A DNA stretch of 64,000 nt from Eledone cirrhosa (taxonomy: Eukaryota): positions 383,532,001-383,596,000 of the forward strand of contig OZ024741.1 in assembly GCA_964016885.1 (NCBI GenBank). Direction: 5' to 3'. A program made the translations under genes and the position numbers. The notes under the pieces were generated by a model, which was not told where the DNA came from, ran no database searches, and worked only from the letters and a program-made list of their open reading frames with translations. Shown in pieces: positions 1-13,970 of this stretch (its first letter is position 1; each line of letters begins with the position of its first letter).

Positions 1-95
1 TAGCCGTTGCTCCCACCAACCGAAGGTATATGGTCTTTAAAGCGAAGAAATACCTGTGATGGTTGGAAAATCACTGATGAAGGACCACTTTATTC

Positions 96-127
<32 letters not shown>

Positions 128-149
128 ACCCTCTAGTTAAGACGTATAT

Positions 150-195
<46 letters not shown>

Positions 196-317
196 AAAGT
201 TCTATTTAAAATTGTTGGGATACAACAAGTAAATATTTTTATAACTGATATAAAGCACTCGACAAGTATTTGGAGTAGATACGATATTAATAAATGGAAA
301 CTATATTTATAAAACCA

Positions 318-388
318 TATTTATTTCATTATACATATTTCAGGGATACCAAATTAAATTATGGTATGCCTTCATCAGACAAAATACA
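318..388 (-). ncRNA. Type I minimal hammerhead ribozyme (F1)
   Basis: Reverse complement of the 528-600 motif, core intact. Confidence 0.75.
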
Positions 389-527
389 ATATATAACAGT
401 TTTACAAATAAGCTTTGACGCACCCTATTAAAATGCAACCATTGTTTTTCATCTATCCGGATGACTTCCAAAAACAATGGTTGCATTTTAATAGGGTACG
501 TCAAAGCTTATTTGTAAAACTGTTATA

Positions 528-600
528 TATTTATTTTGTCTGATGAAGGCATACCATAATTTAATTTGGTATCCCTGAAATATGTATAATGAAATAAATA
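528..600 (+). ncRNA. Type I minimal hammerhead ribozyme (F1)
   Basis: tatttattttgt-CTGATGA-aggcatacca/tggtatccct-GAAA-tatgta-TA-atgaaataaata; 12-bp stem I with G-U pairs. Confidence 0.8.
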
Positions 601-651
601 TGGTTTTATAAATATAGTTTCCATTTATTAATATCGTATATATATATATAT

Positions 652-1260
652 GGTGGCTGCCAACTCGTTTTCGAGTACGGCCACTACTTTATATCCATGT
701 AGGAGAACCCCTACCGATGCCCTGAACAAGTGTGACTTTTTAGTCCAGCCAGCGACTTGAAAACTCTGGTACAAACACTACACTTGTGACAATTATTGAC
801 ACATAGTGCTTTGCCCTTGGTACCATGTGACGACAAGTGCAGAGAGATCTCCAGATATAAAGCAATGCCTGTGCCGTGAAGCTTTATAGTGAGCAAAGGC
901 ACTGCACAAAGCCAGTCCCACTCTCTTAACCAAGATGATATTTACCAAAAAGAAGAACAAGTCAATATCATTGGATACATCAGGGTTGCAGGTGTTATAT
1001 CAGAGTTTTCCTTCTCCTAGAATTCTGCCTTGACAAAGGCTAAGGGGTCATCTCTCCCAGTGATTTTGGATGGCCATTGACTCTTAAGAGCTCCTTTGCC
1101 CTTTGCCAGGTTTTGTTTTTAGTCCTGCAGGATGTCCAAAGTCACCCTCCTCACCAAGAAACCTTGGTAGGGTTGCCAGTTTAGTCGCCAACGACCCGAC
1201 CATGAGACAGGTTGTACTGGGATACATGTTACCAGTAGCACCAAGTGGTGACCTGACATA
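652..1260 (-). mobile_element. Bipartite non-autonomous RTE-derived retroelement, copy 1
   Basis: ~605 bp, near-identical to 19405-20012 and 54534-54977; RTE-like 5' UTR joined to a 3' end encoding CSVCTRVFKSLAGLKSH. Confidence 0.7.
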
Positions 1261-1297
1261 AATGGAATAATTGCCTTATGTTGTTTATTACATAACT

Positions 1298-1463
<166 letters not shown>

Positions 1464-1490
1464 AGTTATGTAATAAACAACATAAGGCAA

Positions 1491-1556
1491 TTATTCCATT
1501 TACCAGTGGTTTCTTAAAAGCAAAAAATGTTGCCTTCAATCATCAGAATGAAAAAA
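1491..1556 (-). ncRNA. Type I hammerhead ribozyme (F2)
   Basis: Inverted copy of 1623-1688, core intact. Confidence 0.75.
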
Positions 1557-1622
1557 TCCTGGTGTATTTATTGATATTGGATTCTAATATATTAGAATCC
1601 AATACCAATAAATACACCAGGA

Positions 1623-1688
1623 TTTTTTCATTCTGATGATTGAAAGCAAAATTTTTTGCTTTTAAGAAACCACTGGTAAATGGAATAA
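1623..1688 (+). ncRNA. Type I hammerhead ribozyme (F2)
   Basis: tttcatt-CTGATGA-ttgaaagcaaa/tttgcttttaa-GAAA-ccactgg-TA-aatggaa; GUA cleavage triplet, predicted cut after 1678. Confidence 0.8.
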
Positions 1689-2329
1689 TTGCCTTATGTT
1701 GTTTATTACATAACTATTAAGCTCTGTTACCTACATAGAGCACTCTTTTTTCCTGGACTTTTCCGACGAAATTACTTCATTTACACACATATATATATAA
1801 TCTATATATACGTCTTAACTAGAGGGTAAACTAATCTAAGTCAATCTATGCATTCCAAGAATTCAAACAGATGAAATTCAACCCTACCCACCAAACTATT
1901 TCGCACCAGCCATAGATTAAATTGAGAAACGTTTTTCAAAATCATATCCCATCTCTCTCAATCAAACATCACCCAGATTGCTCCAATTACTGGTATAAGA
2001 CGACGTTTGACGTCAGGCTACATCCGTCAAATTACGTATTCGCAATATTATTCTGTAACGTTTACTACCGCATTAGGTAATTAGTATTACACTCACACAT
2101 ATTCAGTACAGCCAGAAACTACCATAGACCTATACCCTCAACAAACCTGGCCTGGAATATAGATACACAAAAGAACTCGACCTGGTCCAGCCATTCACAT
2201 TTTGACTCATGTGGTTGGGGTTGTATACATGATTTTATTCAAATATGATTTAGTTAATGTGCATTGTAGTAGCCTTTAGAAACAGCAAAATTATTCACTT
2301 ATATAAACAAAGCTGTTGATTTAAGAATC

Positions 2330-2617
2330 ATTGGGAAAAATGTTGAATTGAACTGTCCATGATATCTTAAAGGAATCTATCGACAAGATCCCCAGCGCAT
2401 ACCGATTGCGGTGGAACCCGTCGAATCGGGCCAAGGAAATAATATTTCCATTGGTCTTTCCATTGCTGATACTATCCACTAGTCGCAACGCCCGGCAGAA
2501 ATTGCAACGTGTAATAAAGTGTCTTGCCTAAGGACATAGCTGATCACCCGATCCGGGAATCGAACGTAACCTTACGATTGCGAATCCGATTTCCTAACCA
2601 CTAAGCTATACGCCTTC
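2330..2617 (-). mobile_element. tRNA-derived SINE
   Basis: A box TAGCTTAGTGG, B box GTTCGATTCCC, then TGTCCTTAGGCAAGACACTT core; 3' boundary approximate. Confidence 0.65.
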
Positions 2618-3121
2618 ACAAAGTCGATAAATAACAGTCCCTACAGCGAAGTCCATATTAACAGCCGATCACTATAAATAATCGTTGTAAAGAACCCTAG
2701 AGATGGAACACAGTGGACAGAGGCACAAGCATTGAATCGGACCATGCATGTGCTGAATGCTGAGTGAGTTAGCCCACTCTACCCCAGAGAGCTGCTGTCC
2801 ACCAACTCTTTTAACCTGTAGCTAGGAGAGAGAAAAAAGAGCTTGACTAAAAAAGCATTGAGAAAATTTGAAGCTTAAAATATGGGCGATCCAACGTAAA
2901 CGACAATAATATTTTTTATCTCTGGAAATAATAGTCCAGGGAAATCGAGTAATGTACTCCTGGAGATGGATATAAGAAAGCCGAGGTGCTTATGAAATCC
3001 GCATCTCTCGAATGCCGAACAAATGCTTTCTGTCAATTCACGTTTCTCTGTCGCGTGAGTTTATTATTCAATCTGATCGACATATTATGGCCATTTTGCC
3101 TATATATATATATATATATTT

Positions 3122-3318
3122 AATATAGAAATGGCATCTATAGGACTAGAACTGTTTCTTTCGAAGGAAATCATCAGAGCTTTCCTGATGATTTCTTTCG
3201 AATGAAAAGGTTCTATTCCTGTAGAAGCCATTTCTATTTAAATATGTATACTCTGATATGTATTGAGTACCTTACTTACTGTGGTTACCTCCGATTCAAC
3301 CCGGGATGCACACACACA

Positions 3319-3353
<35 letters not shown>

Positions 3354-3478
3354 GTGTGTGTGTGTGCAATAAGTGGGTTCTCGATGTATAACGGAAAGTG
3401 ACCACAGTTGATAAATACTCATTATGTTCGTAGAGTATAGGCATATTTATTTTGTTATAGAAATGATTTCTTCAGGAC
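3122..3478. mobile_element. Fold-back cassette with degenerate HHR-like core (family F3)
   Basis: Palindrome ~3125-3237 centred between TCATCAG and CTGATGA; related pieces at 3370-3478, 27762-27890, 31047-31100, 37916-38045. Confidence 0.55.
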
Positions 3479-3552
3479 GACAATCAATGACAGGATAAGA
3501 CAAAATGGTTGTGGCTTCGACTGCTTGACGCACTTCTTTATATATATATATA

Positions 3553-3606
<54 letters not shown>

Positions 3607-3654
3607 TGTGGGGGGGCGGGCGTGCGTGTGTAAATATGCATGCGTGTACGTATT

Positions 3655-3685
<31 letters not shown>

Positions 3686-4568
3686 CTGCATGATTATGGC
3701 TGATGTTGGATTGAAAATTTACATCCAGTATGTTTGGAAGTTTGTTATTGTCTGTGAAATTTTTGGAGCTGTTTCTTTTCGCAATAATATACTACGAACT
3801 GCATATAAAATCCCGAATGAAGCAGATTTACGTATTTCATATCGAAATAATTTGCTAAAACTTACGAAATGGAAAAATAAAAGAGAAAGTTTTTTTTTTT
3901 AATAATCATTGGCAAAGAATTATGTTTGGTCATTTTAGCTCTCAGGAGATTCTGAAATACCAGATTTGACACTCAAGCAATCAAGCTTATTCATCGGCAA
4001 ATTACATTTTTCGACCTGTAATATTCGACATATTGGGGAAAGCTAGACTGCTGGTAGTAACTTTCTATCTTATATCATAATTTCTATTACGGTCAGTGGT
4101 TAAATTGCCTCACAGAAAAGAAGCAAGTGAGTCCATTTTTAGACAGCTACGTATCCATATATTATCAGTAACTATACAGAACGAGATCACCTGTTGCTGA
4201 ATAACTATAATAGAAATCCAATTAGACAACAGAAACCAGAAGTGAGCAACCAATTTTAATGACGTTCTTTACTCAGAATGCACTGAGAATTGTGATCAGT
4301 CAGTTGCTTCATGGGAATATCGTACGATATTTATGATTCGTTGAATAATCCAAGACTACGAAAATGTTAAACATAGAAATATAGAAGTATTTACATCTTA
4401 CAAACTAATGGGTAACCTTTAGCATTGGGAACAATCAGTTTAGAAAAGTATATAATATTCTAAGAATTATATATGAATTAAGCTGCTCCCAGCTTTGTTG
4501 CAGGAAAATCAAAAGCTAAAGAAATAGAAAGCTTGTATCCCATCCCATGGCCTACACATACGTGTGTG

Positions 4569-4682
<114 letters not shown>

Positions 4683-4812
4683 GACAGGTGACGATGATTC
4701 TGATGTTTTACCACTTCGTGAAGGTATAGGCTTTTCTTGTATATGAACATAGGGATATTGAAGGTGAGAAATGTAATTGTAACAGGGATCATAGAATCAT
4801 TTATATAAAACT

Positions 4813-5060
4813 AAGCACAAGGCCAGCAATTTGAAGGGGGAAAGGAAAATCGACCTTGTGTTTTATGTATCGACCCCGTAAGGATGAAAGGCAAAGCTAA
4901 CCTCGGCGGTATTTGAAATAATTGTTTTTACTTTTGGCACAAGGCCACCAATTATCCCAGTGTATTACTGGTATTTTATTTTATCGACCCGGTAAGGATG
5001 AAAGGCAAGTTAACCTCGGCGGGATTTGAACTCAGACTATAAAGAGCCGGAGTTCAAATA
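4813..5060 (-). mobile_element. Two adjacent partial Nin/Deu-domain SINEs
   Basis: ATCGACCC(C/G)GTAAGGATGAAAGGC core twice, each with a B-box complement. Confidence 0.75.
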
Positions 5061-5240
5061 CTTGAAATAATAATGTAACATTAGAAATTACTAAAATCAG
5101 GTTATGTCTAATATGTAGTCAATGAAAGAAGAATCATACTGAGGTGATATCATATATGAGGTGAAAATACATGAACATTGTGTATACGTATAGAGTAAGC
5201 TTAATGCATATGTAATTGTGACTATTATTTTTTAATATAT

Positions 5241-5428
5241 GGCGGTAGATTGGCAGTATCGGTAGAAGCTCGGACATGCTTTCCAGCATAGTTACGTCCC
5301 TTTACGATCTGAGTTCAAATCGCGTCGAGGTTAACTTTGCCTTTCATCCTTACGGGGTCGATAAAATAAAGTACCAGTAATGTACTGGGTATTTGCTGGC
5401 CTTGTGCAAAAAGTAGGAACAATTATTT
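5241..5428 (+). mobile_element. tRNA-derived Nin/Deu-domain SINE (octopus-type)
   Basis: A box TGGCAGTATCGG, B box GAGTTCAAATC, GCCTTTCATCCTTACGGGGTCGATAAA core. Confidence 0.8.
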
Positions 5429-6517
5429 TTTAATATATGAAACAAAATATGAAGTAAAATAATCGATAGTAACGGAGAAAACTAAGGTAAGTGCATATAA
5501 CAAAGTAATGGCGAAGTTATTTTAGCATCATGAATAAAGAATAGTTTTTTATCTAAACATATTTTAATCTAAATTCGTGAAGATTCGGAGCATTATGAAG
5601 ATGAAGAATCAATTATTTAAGAAAAACGTTTGCAAATTTGTATTTATAAAAATGTTAATTATTTGTGGCATATGAAGACCCAGATAGCTAATCACTGAAC
5701 GGTGCACATCTTTGGAAAAAAGCATAGAAGTATTGTACCAATGATAATAAACTACAGTTTTATTGAACTTCAATAATACGCGCGCAAATAATTTTCCAGT
5801 GAATAGGAAAATATAAGTATAATGAGCAAAATTAATTATACATACTTGCATATGTTAATCTTTTGAATAGTAGTGTATGTTTTATGACATTAATTGTTAT
5901 TAAAAGTTTCATGTAGTTCGAGATAGGGGTTGGACGAAGTTAATGTGTGTGAAAGATAATCGGTGTTTGTGGGGTTTAGGTCAAGTCACTGTGTTTTCTG
6001 ATACAATTGGATCGTTGTCGCAGCAAATAATTTTTTTTTTTTCATCTTTTATTAGACAGAAACTATGTAATATGATAGATGCATCTTGATTAGTTTCTAC
6101 ACACCCTATCAGTAATTTGTATGTGTTGGTGATATATTTACGAAATATAAGATTCGAGAATATGGTGGATGTTTCAGATTTAGTACAAAAGTTTAGTTTA
6201 CATTTGAATTTGGTTTTCTGAGTGTATTGTTAAGAAAGGATAATCTGCAGTTTAATTTCGTGGAAAGCATTGGGTTTGCTTCAGATGTCTATACATTCAA
6301 GTTTTGGCAATTCACGGTTTAATTTAAGTATATATATGTAATAGTCTGATAACGTGTGATCTCAGATCCCCATTGAGAGCATCTGACGTAATTCTTTCTC
6401 AGTGGCTTAAGTTATTATTGCATTTAAACTTGTTTGTGGTCATGTTTAGATATATTTACGCTCAGGTTAGGGCAATTTGCGGTTTTGATTGGAGAACAGA
6501 GTTTTCCTCAATGTAAT

Positions 6518-6569
<52 letters not shown>

Positions 6570-7119
6570 CACACTCACATACACACACACAGAGAGAAGC
6601 TGCCAATTGGCAGAGACGTTAGAAGGTCGGATAGAGTGCTTTATGATATACATATAAACAGGTAAACATGCCTGAAATATGAATTTCCCTGTAAATTGAA
6701 AAAATGAATGGGTATATAATCTCATCCAATTCGTGTTTCCTTGTAGTTATTGAGCTGGTATACACAGCTTCTGATGTAAACCCAAATAGGACAGAAAATC
6801 GATTTAAGGTATTCTTTACAGTTTAAAGGGAAAATCGTATTTCTGAGATTTTTACATGACTATATATTAAAACTGTATATCTATATATATGCAGTTCCGG
6901 TTATCCACTCTGTATATATAAAGATATAACTTTGTAGTATAATTCTGTTCCTTGGTGCACTTCGACTGCTTGACGCATTTCTTATATATATATGTGTATG
7001 TGTATATATTTCTTATATATATATGTGGGGGGGGGGGGGTAAATATTCATGTGTGTACGTATTTATATATATATATATATATATGTGCGTGTGTGTGTGT
7101 GTGCATGAATATATTTATC

Positions 7120-7154
<35 letters not shown>

Positions 7155-7597
7155 ATGTGTAACAGAGTCTGTGGCTTGGTATCTTTAATACGCGTATGTA
7201 TTTGTGGACTTATGTGAGTATTTTCAACCGTTTCTATCAACTCGATTCTCTCAGTTAATATTCCATTTATAGAAAGAAAATAAGCAAAAATTCAGAATTT
7301 AGCAATGTGAGAACCCTGAGATTTCAGCAATTTCACTAGAAAAGCAAGGTGCAGTGATGCCAATATTTGGTATTTCCGATATCTTTTCCGCTCCTGGTAT
7401 ATTTAAAATGTGTCTAAAAAACAAATAACTAAATCATTTCGGTATGTTAAATCAAGCACTTCTCGTCACGCATACAGTATAGGTGCGTGCTTACGTTTGC
7501 GTGTATGATTGTCTGTTTGTGTATTGTTGTCTGTGTATGTACTTGTGTCTGCTCATGCGATAGCCAATTATTGGTTCCAGTAAATCAATGTATTTGC

Positions 7598-7600
7598 ATG

Positions 7601-7690
<90 letters not shown>

Positions 7691-7737
7691 TATGTTTATA
7701 TATATATATATATGTGTGTGTGTATATATATATATAC

Positions 7738-7779
<42 letters not shown>

Positions 7780-7876
7780 GTATATATATATATATACATG
7801 CATACATACATACATATATATATGTATATAAATATATATATATAAGTATATAGATATAGATATATATAAGTATATA

Positions 7877-7908
<32 letters not shown>

Positions 7909-7980
7909 AGTATATAGATATATATATAAGTATATAGATGTATGTATGTATGTAAGTATGTATATATATATATATGTATG

Positions 7981-8040
<60 letters not shown>

Positions 8041-8095
8041 TGTATGTATGTATGTATGTATTTATGTATGAATGTATGAATGTATGTATGTATAT
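7598..8095. repeat. Compound (TA)n/(TATG)n microsatellite
   Basis: Directly visible. Confidence 0.97.
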
Positions 8096-8736
8096 GTGAG
8101 CATGCACACATGTGTGTGTGTAATTCAAAGAAGAAATCGTTATTGAATTCAGTTGATATATGCGGAGATTGCTACTCACGCTTTTATCAACATCTCTATT
8201 TCCACACGTGCGTGTTGACTCCACCATTTTTTTTTTTTTTTTTTGGTGCGTTTGTTCTTTCTTTAACAATCTGAATATTTCTTTTTGAAAAAATGCAGTG
8301 AGTTATGGCTCACCCAGAAAACAAGGTCAACTAGGCAACCATTTTAAAGGGAATATTTAAGTCTCTGCCAAACTTACACAGCGATATGTTTTTAATTCTG
8401 GTTCGAAACCAATGCACCTGGCTTACTGCTCTAATGTCAATGACATGAACAACATACATATAATATTTCCCTCTTAGACTGATTACAGTTGAATTCAACG
8501 AGGGCAAATTGAAGGCAACAACTATAAATTTAACATATAATACTAGCCTGAGGATCGGTTATGAGAAAATCGTGACACACGAAGACCCAAATATTATTCC
8601 AATCTACTGAGTTAGTGAATAATATCTTTTCACTGTTTTAAAATGCATATAGTGTTACACAAACACACACAAACGCACAGACACACACAGACACGTGTAT
8701 ATATATATATATATTCGTTTGTGTGTAATTGTATTA

Positions 8737-8792
<56 letters not shown>

Positions 8793-8805
8793 TAATATAT
8801 ATTAG

Positions 8806-8836
<31 letters not shown>

Positions 8837-8863
8837 AGATAATATATATGTGATATATATATA

Positions 8864-10274
8864 TATCAACTAGAAATTGATTGACATATATATATATTTA
8901 AAATAAAGACATGAAACAATCACAGGGGATAATTTGTAAAGTGTGTAATCACACATAGCTAGGTAGGTAACTAATTAGAGTTTAACTAGAGCTTCGAATA
9001 TTACCTTTTAAAAAATGATTAATCTTCTTTGTATATATTTCATTAAAGAAATATATTTCCCCATTAATCCGTAAAGTTACAGTAGTCAAATTCCGCACGT
9101 GTTGCAATTCTGAAACTACTAACAACATGCTAGCGTCATCCCAGTGACGTGAATAGGGTGATCGACAGCTCTAAATAGCAGCCGATTCCTTTCAACTGAG
9201 TTAGCTCTACAATTAAGGAGCCGTGTATATATCCAAAATTAATTTAACTAAATTAAATTAAGGGAGTCATGTCCGAGACATGCGCCATATCCACCGTAGA
9301 ATAAGCTCAAAGATTCCAATGAATCGGTGCGAGCATTTTATATCAACTAGAAATTGATTGACATATATATATATATTTAAAATAAACACATGAAACAATC
9401 ACAGGAGATAATTTGTAAAGTGTGTAATCACACATAGCTAGGACATGACTCCCTTCATTCACGCCACAGGGATGACGCTAGCATGTTGTTAGTACTTTTA
9501 GAATTGCAACACCTGCGATGGATCACTCGTATATTTGCATTTGATGTGTAAACACGGATAGTTAAATCTTCTCCTTTGCTGAAGATCCGTTATTTGACTA
9601 CTGTGACTTTACGGATTAATGGTGAAATATATTTCTTTAATGAAATATATACAAGGAAGATTAATCATTTTAAAAGGTAATATTTGAAGCTCTAGTTAAA
9701 CTTTAATTAGTTACCTACCTAACTATGTGTGATTATACACTTTACAAATCATCCCCTGCGATTGTTTCATGTATTTTACACAGCTCCTTAATTGTAGAGA
9801 TAACTCAGTTAAAAGGACTCGGCTGCTTTTTAGAGCTGTCGATCACGCTATTTACGCCACTGGGATGACGCTAGCATGCTGTTAGTAGTTTTAGCATCGC
9901 AACACGTGCGATGGGTCACTCGCAGATTTGCATTTGATGTGTAAACACGGATAGTTAAATCTTCTCCCATGCTGAAGATTCGAGGTTTGACTACCGTGAC
10001 TTTACGGATTAATAGGGAAATATATTTCTTGAATGAAATATATACAAGGAAGATTAATCATTTTTAAAAGGTAATATTTTAAGCTCTAGTTAAACTTTAA
10101 TTAGTTACCTACCTAGGTATGTGTGATTACACACTTTACAAATTATCCCCTGTGATTGTGTTATGTGTTTATTTTAAATATATATATATGTCAATCAATT
10201 TCTAGCTTATTCTACGGTGGATATGGCGCGTATCTCGGACATTACTCCCTTAATTTAATTTAGTTAAATTATTT

Positions 10275-10305
<31 letters not shown>

Positions 10306-10436
10306 ACCAAAATTAAATTAAAGGTGTCATGTCTGAGAGACATGCGCCATAAGCTCTGTAGAATATGCTCAAAGATTCCAGCGAATAGATCCGACCATTT
10401 ATATCAACTAGTAATCGATTTACATATATATATATA

Positions 10437-10478
<42 letters not shown>

Positions 10479-10692
10479 TAAAATAACAGATTAAAGTTTA
10501 AGCAAATATATATATATATACACAAAATAAACATGAAACAATCACAGGGGATAATTTGTAAAGAGTGTAAGCATACACAGCTAGGTAGTTAACTAATTAA
10601 AGTTTAACGAGAACTTCAAATATAGATACCTTTTAAAAATGATTAATCTCCTTTGTATATATTTCATTAAATAAAGAAATATATTTCACCAT
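8864..10692. repeat. Nested tandem and inverted array of a ~480-bp unit
   Basis: ATCAACTAGAAATTGATTGAC-like start recurs at ~8864, ~9342 and ~10402; inverted copies at ~9440-10270. Confidence 0.75.
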
Positions 10693-11250
10693 CATATAAA
10701 TGAGCAGCAGCATTAAGTGAGTTATATTTCGCGTGACATTTAATCGCTGAATTTCATTTAATCGCTGAATTTCAGTTATACATATATACAGGGGCAATCT
10801 ATCTCTCGTTGTATTATGTACGTTTTATATATATCGCTGTTCACCCAACCTCTGAATGTTCTTTATCACTTACTCTCCATCACTCTTTATGGTTCCCATT
10901 CTGATGAGCTCCCTTTCGCTCTCCTCATGCTCTTGTTATTTTACTATGTTATTTTATTTTATTACCTTCTCTTGCTCTCCTTCAGTTGCTCTCATTATCT
11001 TCCACACACAGACAAACACACATTTACATACATTCTTTGTCTTTCTCTATTTTACTCTCCAACCATGGCCATCCACATTCTTTTTCATTGTGCTCAAAAC
11101 AGAAACATTGCACTATTTTGTTGATTGGAAATCATTTTAACATATATTATATAAAAAAAATAATTAAATCATTTGATGCGTTGATATTCAGTTTTACAAT
11201 AGAGTCTTATTTTCCAAGCAACATCTAGTAGCGCAGTAATAATGTTGCTG

Positions 11251-11400
11251 GTAGCCGCAATGACCTAGTGGTTAGAGTGTTGGATTTACGGTCATAAGGT
11301 CGTAGAATCGATTCCTGGGTCGACAAACACGTTGAACACAATATTCTATTTTAATTCGCTCCTCCCGCCAGAGATGCGACCGGCAGTTAGTATCAGCAGT
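11251..11400 (+). mobile_element. Degenerate tRNA-derived SINE
   Basis: TGACCTAGTGGTTAG A box and AATCGATTCC B box. Confidence 0.5.
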
Positions 11401-11492
11401 AAAAAGACCAATGTAAACATTATTTTCTATGACATACTTGACGGTCAGCTTCCTTCCTTTTGTGTGTATATATATATATATATATATTTATG

Positions 11493-12355
11493 AAACCAAA
11501 TACTGGATTTTACCATCAGTCCAGGGTCCGGGTAAATTATCAACACATATATTTGTATTGTTTGACCCGAATTACTTGGTCGTTTGTTTTGGCTGTGCGG
11601 ATGATCTGTTTAACCATCATCTCAGTGTGTTTGGCCTTTAACGTATGTTGTAGCTCTGATTCACATGAATCATCGAGCGCTTGCCACACATATCGGACGT
11701 TGATTTTCGTTAATTCCTGAGCTGAAATACGATTCTCGCTAATTTATATTTGTATTAATCTCCAGAGTCTAGCTATTGAGCAGTTAATTTTATTGATTTT
11801 TTTTAGTTGCTTCTATTGACTGTTGAATAGCTCTGTTATATTTAACCATTCTGTCGAGAGCTTTATTCGATTTGTGATATTTTGCATTCTCGCAATATTA
11901 TACACAACTGAATCATTCGCCTAATATAGGTGTTGCCTCCCTTGCTGAACTCCACGTGGGGTCAGTAATAGCCACACTTATGTATAGCATTTTGGAGCAA
12001 AAACCCGTTGATGACACGGCTTCCTTGTTCAATCATCTTACCAGAAGCCCAACATTCTTTATGTAGGCGGACAGTACCTTATTTTGGAGTCGCAGAAACC
12101 AAATACTGGATTTTACCATCAGTCCAGGGTCCAGGTAAATTATCAACACATATATTTTTATTGTTTGACCCGAATTACTTGGTCGTTTGTTTTGGCTGTG
12201 CGGATGATTTGTTTAACCACCATCTCAGTGTGTTTGGCCTTTAACGTATGTTGTAGCTCTGATTCACATGAATCATCGAGCGCTTGCCACACATATTGGA
12301 CGTTGATTTTCGTTAATTCCAGAGCTGAAATACGATTCTCGCTAATTTATATTTA
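11493..12355 (-). repeat. Dispersed repeat with local ~260-bp direct duplication
   Basis: 11493-11752 repeated at 12095-12353; diverged homologues at 52141-52345 and ~61270-61510. Confidence 0.7.
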
Positions 12356-12408
12356 TATATATTTATATATATATATATATATGTGTGTGTGTATGTATGT
12401 TTATGTAA

Positions 12409-12500
<92 letters not shown>

Positions 12501-12735
12501 GCGTGTGCGTGTGTGTGTGTGTGCGTGTGTGTATAAAATGTGTAGATGTATGCATGCTTATATATGGATGGATACATATGGTGTCTAAATATGTTTATGG
12601 CTTTATGGACTGAAAATAAGACACTTTCAAACATCATCTTAAAAGAGGAAATCCTGTTACCATGGAAAACTAAATCCTGCTTTTTGTCTGTTTACTTTGT
12701 GGCGTAGGTTACTCTGGGAGATATTTTAGACAATG

Positions 12736-13110
12736 TTGGTAGTGGTGGGAGTAGTCGTAGTGGAATAGGTGTTGATTATAGCACTGTTGGTAGTAGTAGT
12801 AGTAGTAGTAGTAGTAATAGTAGTAGTAGTAGTAGTAGTGGGGAGGCATGGTGTTGTGCAAGGGTGTGTGATGGTAATGGTGGGGGTGGTGTTAGTGGTG
12901 GTAGCTGCAGCGGCGGTGGTGGTGGAGCTTGTGGTGGCGGCATTGTTGATGGTGTTGGCGGTGGTTGTGGTTTGGTGGTGGTGATGGGGGTTTAGTAACT
13001 GTGGTAATTGTTATTGTAGTAGCAGTTATGGTGGTGGTAAAAGTGGTGACGGTGGTGGTTCTAGTGGTAATAATAATGGCGCTTGTAGTGGTAATAGAGA
13101 GGTTGGTGTT
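12736..13110. repeat. (GTA)n/(GTG)n low-complexity tract
   Basis: Directly visible. Confidence 0.9.
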
Positions 13111-13891
13111 GTAGATGTTTCCACATTATGGTACTGGTATATCTGTTATCTTGATAGTAATGAATTATTACATGTTTTATAGAGGAATGAAGACATTTTG
13201 AAAAGAAAAAGGACCGACTTTCGTATATATGTTCCTTTGATTTCATTTCAACTTCAATGTGAAGTTCTTCAGTGTTTTATGTTAGAGCTTATCTTGACAA
13301 GTCAAACAGATAAATGTATTGACAAAGTTTTCCATTAGAAGCGAAGAATTTATTGTCGCTTTACTTATGTACAATCAAATATTTAGAGCATTTTACCATA
13401 CGTGTTATATTTACGAACTAAACTAACGAAGGGACCTCAGTGAGGTCATTATCACCTGCTAAAATTGACAGCCATATTTCACATCAGAAAGGGTAGAGTG
13501 TACATAAATATTAATTTGGTTTTCATGGATGGAATGGGTTTTCGCTCTCAGTCTGTTAGACCTGTTAATCCCAGGGAAGCCAACCAAGTCAATCAAGAAA
13601 ATGTTTATACAGTTATATATTGATGCGGATTGCTGCTAAGTGTTTAGTTCTCACTAGTTTATGTTGGGCTAATGGCATGATTTTCGGTGCAATCATCAAT
13701 ACACTAATACACATATTTATGTACATTGCCCATAATTTCTGCAATTATTTTGTCAAGCTCGTGTCTTCTTTTATTGTCTTATTTTACATTTTCTTTGCTG
13801 TTTTAAACTCACATGTTTAAATATATATATATATATATATGAAAGACGTAAATAAGAAAGTTATGAAAATTGACTTACTTACTAAAATTTC

Positions 13892-13970
13892 ACTCCAACT
13901 AATTAGTTTCTGTAAGGGGATAAATATAGTTACGTAATAACTATAGAGAAGCCTTACGTCATCAGGGGAT
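13892..13970 (-). ncRNA. Type I hammerhead ribozyme
   Basis: atccc-CTGATGA-(gtaagg/ccttac with inner tatagtta/taactata)-GAAA-ctaattag-TT-ggagt; palindromic stem III. Confidence 0.7.

Larger units (their letters stand above)
193..639. mobile_element. (TA)n-embedded fold-back cassette, PLE pLTR-like (family F1)
   Basis: Inverted arms ~279-449 and ~470-639, extra tail 193-278, (TA)n on both sides; homologues at 49622-49967 and 53075-53260. Confidence 0.8.

Noticed and set aside
30-90. CTGATGA with tggtctt/aggacca pairing
   Set aside because: GAAA not correctly placed and sequence cut by (TA)n; no complete fold
2540-2617. tRNA gene
   Set aside because: A and B boxes run into a SINE core; no intact cloverleaf
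3126-3237. F3 core CTGATGA-tttc/gaaa-GAAA-cagt-TC as a ribozyme
   Set aside because: Stem I cannot be formed convincingly in any copy; kept only as a repeat
7487-8274. Long ORFs rich in YI, HT, CV or ER (here and throughout)
   Set aside because: Translations of microsatellites, not proteins
12769-12984. Hydrophobic poly-Val ORF
   Set aside because: (GTA)n/(GTG)n low-complexity DNA
13235-13280. Minus-strand CTGAAGA-acttca/tgaagt-tGAAA
   Set aside because: No stem I or stem III pairing
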